A stretch of 64,000 nt of DNA from Octopus vulgaris (Eukaryota), in assembly GCA_951406725.2 (NCBI GenBank), contig OX597827.1, forward strand, positions 29,388,001 through 29,452,000, read 5' to 3'. The translations under genes were made by a program, and so were the position numbers. Shown here one piece after another: positions 54,610-64,000 of the stretch. The first letter of the stretch is position 1; each line of letters starts with the position of its first letter. A model generated the notes under the pieces. That model ran no database searches, was not told where the DNA came from, and saw nothing but the letters and a program-made list of their open reading frames with translations.

Positions 54610-56160
54610 GTAAAGAGTGAAAAAACTACAGAAAGCTTAAATGTTAAAAAATATATATATTTGCGTCAATATGTCTGAAGAATATTAGAAAAGTTTTTTT
54701 AAAAAATTGTTTCCCTTATAATGAATCTTTATCAATCTTTGGAAACCCCCTCTCTCAATACATAAAAGAGAATTGGAAACGATTCTTAGACGATTGTTTT
54801 ATTCTCTGGAATGAAAACACAGATAAACTCCTAAAATTGAACAGCATAAACCTAAATATACAGTTCACAATGGAATACAACCAAAAGGAGCTCCCGTTCT
54901 TGGATATACTAATTAAAAAAATTAACCTTAAAATAGAAACAGACATCTTTTACAAAGCTACAGACGCCAAACAATACCTTCTTTTTAATTCTTTGTGCCA
55001 CCCAAGACACACTAAAACAAACATCCCCTTCAACTTTGCAAGAAGGATATGCACAATAGTGTCAGAACAAAATACCAGGAACTTTAGACTGCAAGAACTC
55101 AAAAACACCCTAATTGACAGACATTACCCAGCTCAACTCATAGAGGATGGGATCAGACGTGCAACATAAATCAACATAGAAACTTTAAGAAAAGTTCAAC
55201 ACAACAACACACCTTCCCCGAAAATACTGCCTTACATATCTACATACAACCCCAGAAACAAAGAAGCCTTCACCATCATCACCCAGAATTTACCAATACT
55301 TCATAAAGACCCCAAATTAAAGGAAATTCTAAACATACACCAAATCATTAAAAGCTACAAACAGCCTAAATCACTTAAAAAGATTCTCACAAAGGCAAAA
55401 TTGTCTTCTGAAATTACGGATACAAAAGTTTTAAAATGTGGTAGATCGAACTGTGCAACATGTCCTAACCTGCTAGAAGGATCAGAATTCCTCTTTAAAG
55501 AGGGACAGAAATTCAAGATCAAATCTAACTTTACTTGTGCCTCTGAAAACATAATTTATGTCATAAAATGCTCGGGCTGCCACCAAGACTACGTGGGTTC
55601 CACGGGACTATCACTCAGACGTAGATGCACACTGCATCGACAACAGTTTGCATTCCCAGAATATAGAATGATACCTTTTAGTGAGCACATTGAGAAATGC
55701 GCAAAGCAACTACTACCACAATTTTTGATCTTTCCATTTTACCAATGTGCTTTCGGATCATCAACACAAATTAGACTAAACAAGGAAACATTCTTCATTG
55801 AAAAGTACAAGCCCAGACTCAACCATCCGAACATACTGATACAGAGAAATTCACACCAAGGGAAAGGAAAAAATTTTTAAGCGATTATCTCCCTTACATC
55901 GGAAGAAATCACTCACTACCTTCCCTTATTTAGAACTCTCCTGAACATAAACATAACGAAAACTCTATTCAACATAAACATAACGTCGCAAGAAATTTGA
56001 AAAGCTACACGCGAAACCGGTCTTTCTTTTAAATTATGTCATTATAAGAGACAAAAACTTTTTTTTTAATTTTCTAATATTCTTCAGACATATTGACGCA
56101 AATATATATATTTTTTAACATTTAAGCCTTCTGTAGTGTTTTCACTCTTTACTATTTTCT
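54604..56160 (+). mobile_element. 5'-truncated Penelope-like element (Neptune-like): RT C-terminus plus GIY-YIG
   Basis: WKRFLDDCF (~54775); FTMEY..LPFLDI; HPRHTK; CGRSNCATC linker; IIYVIKC..YVGST..RCTLH; ~90-bp inverted terminal repeat 54604-54692 / 56069-56160; hammerhead-like motif at 55990-56028. Confidence 0.92.
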
Positions 56161-56194
56161 ATATATTCACCCACGTGCTTTCACAAACCAACTT

Positions 56195-56284
<90 letters not shown>

Positions 56285-57867
56285 ACGCATTATATATACA
56301 AATGTATACAAATTATATATAAATTATATTAGAGATAAAACCACTAATAGGCAAATCAAACCGTGAAAAACATAAACCAAAACATAAAAATAAAAATAGA
56401 ATATACAAAATATATAAAATATAAAATTGAAAAATTTAAATTATTTAAATTTAAAATTTAAATTATTAATTCATATTTATAATTTTTTAAAAAATATATA
56501 TAACTATCAAAAAGTATTAAAAAGTTTAATATACATAAATACAGATATATACACTTTGTATATATACATTATATTTACATATTTATATATAGAACACACA
56601 CACACACATAAATTAACACAATAAATATATGATTCATAATATTTGTTCTCATGATTGTGTGGTGGTGGTGGCGATGATAATTCTCTCTATGAATGCAGAC
56701 AGACGTAGAGAGAGAGAGTGTGTGTGAAAGCGCTGTTGAAGGCGAGGAGGGGGAGATATAGAACGCTGTGAAACGACGTTTTAAAGAGAAAGTGAAGGGG
56801 AAGTAGACGCTGTGAAACAACGTTATAGATAGAAAGTTATGGGATGGGAGGAAAGGGAGTGAGTGATTGAAGAAGACAGATACATAAAAGAACGAGAGTA
56901 GACTTGTCAAAGTACGTTTTTGGTCCTAGCAACGACACCTTTTAAGATAGGGATTTCTTACCTAGCCCACTCGCATCCTCACCTCATTTTACATGTCCCT
57001 GTAAATTTTGGAGTCAATCCGACGGGATCTAGTGGCCTTTAACCCGTTCTCAATGCCAAAACAAGAAAAACAAACAAACAAACTTTTCGCATTTCAGAAT
57101 TATAATATAGAGATATATATACGACGGGCTTCTTTCAGTTTCCGTCTACCAAATAGTGGAGGTGAAGTGGAGGGCAGGATGGAAGAATTGAACGAAAGAG
57201 AGGAAGGAATCTAGATGTTCACGGGAGAGTGAGGTGGCACTGATAATGTCGTCAATGTAACGACCATATAGCTCGGGAGTGGGACCAGTGAAACGAGAGA
57301 ATATTTGGGCCTCAACATAGCCACCAGGTTCGCATAGTTGGGGCCCATTCGCGTTCCCATGGCCACTCCCGAGAACTGTTGGTAGAACTCGCCCGCGAAC
57401 GAGAAGCAGTTAAGAGAAAGGACAAGTTCGGCCAGACGAATGAGTGTGGAGGTGTCGGGTTCGGGGTTGGGGCGGAGGTCGAGAAAGTGTTGACGTGCCC
57501 GCAGTCCTTCGTGGTGAGGGATGACGGTATAGAGGCTCTGGATGTCCATCGTAAAAAGGATTTTGGAGGAGCCGGGAGGAAAGGAGACAGAGTTGAAAAG
57601 CCGGAGGGCATGGTTGGTATCGTGGATGTGGGAGGGAAGAGACGCCACTAGGATGCAAGGACACGATCGAGGTATTTTGAGATGAGCTCCGTGGGGCAGT
57701 TACAGGCGGAGACGATGGGGCGGCCAGGGTTGTTGGGTTTGGGGATTTTGGGGAGGAAGTAAATGGTGGGGGTGCGTGGGGTTTGGACAATGAGGTTGGA
57801 TGCGGTGTAGGAGAGACGGGAGGACGAGATGAGGTCGTGGACAGTAGAGGATAATGTCTGTTGGTAG

Positions 57868-58635
57868 TGTAGCAATAACCATTTTAGCCATTTTGAAATG
57901 TGGCGCGAATTGGCAATATGACATAATGACGTATTGCCGAAGAATTATCATTTTCGTTTTTTTCCATTGGTTAATATAACTGCTCATATAAAGATTCTAG
58001 AAGTTTCGTAAAGAATATCTGTCATGGATTTCGATTCTTTTTAGTCAAATTGAGCAGTTATAAAAACCCTGGATTTTGGAAAATATTTTAGTGTTCGTTG
58101 GTGTCACGGAACTCCACGTCACTCACTCTTTTGGAGACATCGGTAATTTTTATGCCATGTCTAAGTTAATCACAAATCTGTTTTGATTTGTTAGTTAATG
58201 TATTAGATAGAAATAAGAAATTAGCTAAGGAATTTATAGTCGTTCTTCTTCACGACTAAGTTATCTTTCTTCTTGTAAATAATATGAAATGTTATATTTA
58301 TATAATAAAAATAATTAAAAGGAAATGTTTTTCTTCACGTTTGTTTTTCAACTGAGCATAGATAAATATGCATTTCTGTAATCTTTGATTTATGTTTCTT
58401 ATAGCGGTTTAAAGGACACGATTAAAATATTCAACATGCATTGTCGTTGATGTAGCGTTCCATGCGTATATGTCTCTATGACGTTATAACTGTAGTTAGG
58501 GTTTTTAGGTATAACGATAACACTTGAGTATAAGTGACGTTGAATCATTATATTCTCCCTTACTCAGAGAAAAGACAAAATAAATAATATAACCTAATAA
58601 TATAACTTAAGGTAGAATAACCGAAAACCGCCGTA
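57868..58635. mobile_element. 768-bp AT-rich insertion in the PLE ORF with 4-bp TSD (solo-LTR-like)
   Basis: GTAG at 57864-57867 and 58636-58639; removal restores in-frame SSDPTLCYQQTLSS; insert reads TGTAGC..CCGCCGTA. Confidence 0.7.
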
Positions 58636-60482
58636 GTAGCAAAGCGTGGGGTCAGAGGACAGAGGGGAGTAGAAGGAGGTGTCGTTGAGTTGGCGGAGCG
58701 CCTCGGCCCTGTAGAGGTCTGCGCGCCACACCACCACAGCTCCACCCTTGTCAGCCGGTTTGATGACAATATCAGTGCGCCGTTGGAGGGAACGAAGAGC
58801 CCAGAGCTCAGCCGGGGAGATGTTGAGGCGGTGGAGGCGCCTGGAGCAGTTGAACCGCTCCAACGCACGCTGGCAGGCACCCGCGAAAAGATCCACTGCT
58901 AGGAATTGGCGGGGACAGGCGTCCACAGGGATGGTCGGCGGCTCAGGTCAGTAAAGCAGTCCTCATCGTTGGATGCGGGTGGTATGTCGCGGAAAAACGC
59001 ACCCAACCGGACGCGGCGCATAAAGCTGTGGACATCAGCACGCGTCTGGAATTCCGTACAGGATGGAGTGAGGGGGATGAAACGCAGACCCCTACTGAGA
59101 GGGGGAGATCAGGAGGAATGGTAACAACAGACGGAAGTGGAGTGGAGAAGGGGTGGATGGAATAGAAGTAGGAGGGGTGCATGGAATAGGAGTAGGAGGG
59201 GTGGTAGGGCTGGTGGAGGTCTGAGGGGGAGGGATTGGGGAGGTGTGTTGGAGTTGTTAGGAGGGACAGTGGGGTTAGGTGTGGGTGGGTGGAGCCTATC
59301 AGGAGGGGAGAAGGGTAGTGGAGGAGTTGGGGTAGTGGCGTTGGGTGTGATAGAATAGAGGAGTGATTGGAGTTTACGAAGTTTGGTATTGGAAAGAAAT
59401 TGATGGAAGAGGTGATTTAAATGGATAATGAAGCGCAAAGTGTTTTGAGCATGGAAAGGCGGCAGAGAGGAGAAAAATATGGAAAAAGCAGGAGGGAGAA
59501 GGCAGTCGATGGTATGTAGTTTAGAGAGATTGGAGTGAATGGTGGCACACATAAGGCGGTAAGATGTGGTGCGGAGTATGGGTAAGATGGAAGAAGCAGA
59601 GTGGAGAGCAGGGTGGAAATGGAGGCAGAAACCTTTAGGGATGAGGCGGTGATGTAGGCAGCGGCTTAGAAAAGAGACGTGGCTAGAGAAGCGGGTTTTT
59701 TTAAAAAGGAGCAGAGAGAGGTTAATGGACGGCTGAAAGCAGTTTGAAGGGAGTAGGCGGAGGTAATATTTCAAACGATAGTGGATAGTAAGGAGGTGGG
59801 ATTTATAATCCGGCATGGTGGAATAGCGAAAAAAAAAGAGAAAAAAAGGTGAAAAACAAACGTTCGAAAAAAAACAAAAAGCAATCGTTCGAAAAAATTA
59901 GATAAAAAAAGCGGTAGGAGCAGAAAATAAAGGCGAAGAAGATGGGACAAATAGAAAAAGGAAAGAAAAGAAAGGAAGCAGAGAGAGAGAGGGAGGCAAA
60001 AAACGGGGCAAGCAGAGAAAACAGAGTATGGACATCTAGAGAAGGAAGAAACGACAGAAAGAAGGGCAAAAATACAGGAAATTGTGGAAAGTATGAAATG
60101 AATGTAAAAACATAAATAAAGATAATATATGAGAAAATAAAACGAAAGGGACAGTTTATACGAACAAGTTCAAGGTTGAAAGTTCAAGGTTAAAAATGTA
60201 TAGACGTCGTGGTATATTTTAAGGATTTCACATCAATAACAAAGTCACTTTGATCCGTGAAGGAGAGATGCAGCCAGAAGGTAGGTGTCCTTCGAGGTGA
60301 AAAAATCCAATGGAGAGGTAAGAGTTGGTAGTGGTAGTGGTAGAATATAGGATAAAAGTGAAACCACGTGAGCGCGTGATATATAACGGGAAGGTTTACG
60401 AAAATAAACAAAAGACGAAGGCAGGTGGAGTACAAATAAACAATTGTATTAGTATGGCGCTCAGGAATAGAAATAAAACAAG

Positions 60483-60520
60483 TCTTTTACGTTTCGAGCC
60501 TACGTTCTTCAACAGAAAGA
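60483..60520 (-). ncRNA. Minimal hammerhead-like motif in the pseudo-LTR upstream of the PLE ORF
   Basis: Minus strand UCUUU-CUGUUGA-A-GAAC-GUAG-GCUC-GAAA-CG-UA-AAAGA. Confidence 0.6.
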
Positions 60521-61109
60521 TAAACAGAAAAGAAACAAGAGAAACGAGGAGAGAAAAATATGCGTGTAGGAGCTAACGATCCAACATGGCGTTCTGATTT
60601 CAGGCAGAAGTCAGAGATCAGAAGTAAGACGTCAGAGGTCAGACGTTAGACGCTAGAGGGATAGTAGGGGAGATAAGAGGGTCAAGTGACCGCCCCAACA
60701 TGAAGGTGCGTGTGTGTATAAGAGAGTATGTATGTGGTGTGAAAGAGGGCTGGTGGTCTGGACGTGTGTATGTATGTATGATGTGATGGGTAATGTCGTA
60801 TGCTGTAGTGTAGTGTGGTGTGATGTTGTGGGGAGGTGGGGACGAGGGGTGTTGTGGGAAGATGGGGGAGGTGGGGGCGAGAGTGGGGGAAGCCCATGTG
60901 GAGTGTGGGTTCGGCTGGGGGTTAGGGTAGAGTTGGGGTTGTGGGGAGAGTGAGAGGGGAAGAGAAGAGAGATGGGAGAGAAGAGAGAGGAGGGGAGGAG
61001 GGGGAAGGGGGAGAGGAGATGTGTGTGTGTGTGTATGTATATATGTATGTATGTGTATATATATATATATATATATATACGTTAGTATTGTGATTTTGTG
61101 TCTGTTTCT

Positions 61110-61290
61110 TCTCACCATCTCTTGACGTCTTGACAACCGGTGTTGTAACCTAGCGATTCGGCAAAAGAGGCTGAAGAAATACTGGGCCTTGCAAAAAAAA
61201 AACAATACTGAGGTTTGGTTCGTTGGACTAAAATTCATAGAGATGGTCTCCAGCATGGCAGCAATCTAACGACTGAAACAAATAAAGGAA
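61110..61290 (+). mobile_element. SINE family B 3' part, diverged
   Basis: TTGACAACCGGTG..TAACCTAGCGATTCGGCAAAAGAG..CTCCAGCATGGC..GACTGAAACAAATAAA. Confidence 0.65.
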
Positions 61291-62139
61291 ATGATAAAAG
61301 GAAAAATATATAAAATATATATATTAATATACACAGTTATATGTGAGTGAGTGAGTGAGTGTTTTGTATGTAGGCGCGTTTGTCAGTACTTATAGAAGTA
61401 AACAAAATAATTGCTGAAGCTTTTCTATTATTTTATTCATCCAACTAAAAGAAAATATTTTGTACTTCGATACGTTGCAATTAGAGACTGAATCTTCTTT
61501 TTAACTCTTCTCTCTCCATTCCATTCCGGCTCATTACCCCTTCCTCTTTACTTCGTCCGTTTCACTCTTTCTCTTTCTCTCCCTTTCTCTCTCTCTCTCT
61601 CTCTCTCCTCTCTCTTTCTCTATCTATCTATCTATCTATCTCTTTCGCTTCTCGCTCCTCTCTCACCTTTACTGAAACTATCTGTTTAACAAACTACCAT
61701 CATTCTATGAAGGTGACTTTGCGTCATGCCATCCAGCTATATCTCTCTGCCATTCCGCCATTAATACTATAAAACACATATCCAGATACACACACATGTA
61801 TGTATGTATGTATGTATGTATGTATGTATGTATGTATGCACGTATGGCTGATGATTGTATGTGTGTGTTTATCTCCATATTCTTATTTTCTACGTCTATG
61901 TTTTCTACGTCAATGTTTTTCTCTTTGTCAACTTATCAATGTATTTGGTAATAGCTGGTAATAATCACTTATCTATAACTACATTCATGTCACTGTGTGC
62001 ATATATGTGTGTATGTATGTATGTATGTATGTATGTATGTATGTATGTATGTATGTATGTATGTATGTATGTATGTTTGTATGTATGTATGTATGTATGT
62101 TTGTATGTATGTATGTATATATACATATATATATATATG

Positions 62140-62170
<31 letters not shown>

Positions 62171-63799
62171 AACATATACATCTATTTACATGTATGTATA
62201 TATATGTACATAAATGCTTATGTGCTTACATACATTGTGTGTGTGTGTGTGAATGTGCGTATGTTACTATCTACATCATGTGACCGTCACTACATTCTTT
62301 TCTCTTTGGTTGAAATGATTCTTCTTGAAAAATTGCAGGTAATTTACTTCTGTAGTTAGAGGTATGTATTTTTTAACCACCTACTTAACGAAAACTTTTA
62401 GATAGAGATATCTCAATTTCATTCTATTGCGTCATTATATCCAAATATAAGAGTCTGTGGAAGAAACAGAGAAACATAGCGAGACAGACAGACAGACAGA
62501 CAGAAAAAGTATACGTGTGTTTCTTCCACAGGCCTGGTACCGTAGTTTTGGTAAGAATGGTTTACTTTTGTCAATACAAACAAGAACACACACAAAACGA
62601 TGAGTTTCAAATGTTGGCACAAGGTTAGCAATTTCAGGTGAGAGAGAAGTCTATTATATTGATTCCAGGGTCAAACTAGAGGGTTTCACCCGAGCAAAAA
62701 AAAATAGTATAATAGTTGTAAAACAACTTGCTGTAAACGAACATGAAAAAAATGCTTTACATTCCAACCGGAATCTCCAAAACATTGCCCCTTACATCTC
62801 ATTCTCATTTCATTACCACGACAGGTAAATAAAATGACAATGGAAGATGGTAACAGATATTTACCACATGCTACCTTGTCAAGTGAAATATATTGTCATC
62901 CACTTCACCTCTAACCTTCCTAGCGTACGGAGAGTTTAAATGACCCCACACCACTATAGCACCACTGATATCTTTCTTCATCCTTCTAGCTGTCTTCTTT
63001 CTTATAAATACCACAAAATTCATGCCTTGGCAAACAACATTCGGAACGCAATTCACAATCCCTGTCTCCTTTCCTCTGATCATTTCTCTCGTCTTCTCTT
63101 TCACATATTTGCTCTATCAAAGCACATTCAACTAAAGCACATTCATTCATTTCGCTGAATTCGGTACGTAACCTTTTTCATTTGTAGATTGCATCAATTT
63201 CCCTAAATGCAACCGCACGCGTTTCACTAAGGAAATATGAAACATTTCACTGCTATTTCTAGCATGCGCTGCTACAACGCATTACAATTTACCAATGTTT
63301 TTTTGCTTCTTCCTTAATGCGGGCCTGCAGACCTACCAACTTACTTAAACCATTCCTACACTCGCATACTGCATCAACATCAGTTTCTGCCCCCACGAGC
63401 ACCACTAAACAAAGCGAAGCAATTCATCCAATTGCTTTTTCATTAACCCTTTCCCTATCCAGTCTATACGACAGAGCAGCCATGCATTGACAAACAACAC
63501 CCAAAATTCATGTCCACACAAACCACAACATACCCAACGCAATTCATAATCACTTTCTCCGTTGCTCTTACCATTCCACTCGCTTTGCCTTTCACAACTG
63601 TTTCCATTTTCATTTTAATGTCATAACACTAACATCATCTTATTTTACACATTTACCTTTTTACCTTTCTACTACCAGTTCAGTATTACCGCAGCAGCTG
63701 CAAGTTTGCAACTTATCTACACTTACATACTAACCCTTCAATTAATATTTAATACTTAACAGTGTATCTCACGGCGTTTCATCATGCTTATTTTGGATC

Positions 63800-63960
63800 A
63801 TGCCCCGAAAGCTGCAAGATCATCAGCAAGGAGGGCAAATGAATCGTCAGTGGAACCTGACATTAGACGATCACAAAATGCTGAACGTACAGCCGCTTCA
63901 AGAGCACTCCAAACAGATGGCCAGTGTACAGGAAAACTCGTCGCTCACTGCATTCTTCAA
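63800..63960 (+). mobile_element. Possible Helitron RepHel N-terminal (STPR-like) fragment
   Basis: Translates as ARSSARRANESSVEPDIRRSQNAERTAASRALQTDGQ, resembling charged repeats at RepHel N-termini; short and unverified. Confidence 0.3.
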
Positions 63961-64000
63961 GTTTGTCAAGTTGATCCATTTTCTCAAACCTTGCTCTATC

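Larger units (their letters stand above)
57155..60590 (-). mobile_element. 3'-truncated Penelope-like element (Neptune-like): pseudo-LTR, N-terminus and RT
   Basis: FLSRCLHHRLIPKGF; IVIKPADKGGAVVVW; LPKIPKPNNPGRPIVS; MDIQSLYT; GVAMGTRMGPNYANL; YGRYIDD (~57250-57270); frameshifted. Confidence 0.92.

Noticed and set aside
62850-63660. Possible highly decayed RTE-like LINE endonuclease fragment on the minus strand
   Set aside because: Composition is suggestive but no diagnostic motif could be read with confidence.

Overview
AT-rich, microsatellite-saturated animal genomic DNA. The SINE repertoire and repeat style point to a coleoid cephalopod such as Octopus (inference from recalled families, not a database match). 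No host protein-coding gene is supportable, and most listed ORFs are translated simple repeats. The window is a mosaic of transposable elements: two decayed RLE-type (R4/Dong-like) LINEs back to back (18.3-24.3 kb); a full-length DD34D mariner pseudogene (32.4-33.7 kb); several Penelope-like element (PLE) copies and remnants carrying about eleven hammerhead-ribozyme-like motifs, one with a fully canonical core at 41.3 kb; non-autonomous Helitrons; MITEs; and several tRNA-derived SINE families with swapped tails. The most unusual item is a tandem pair of ~1.7-1.9 kb elements at 48.4-51.9 kb encoding only an L1/Tx1-type ORF1-like protein (no RT). Both end in GAAATAAA immediately followed by GTAGCT, and the second abuts a SINE cut just after its A box, suggesting an ORF1-only retroposon that targets SINE heads. 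A diverged fragment of the same ORF family sits inside the Helitrons at 25-27 kb and 34-36 kb. All alignments and RNA folds were done by eye.
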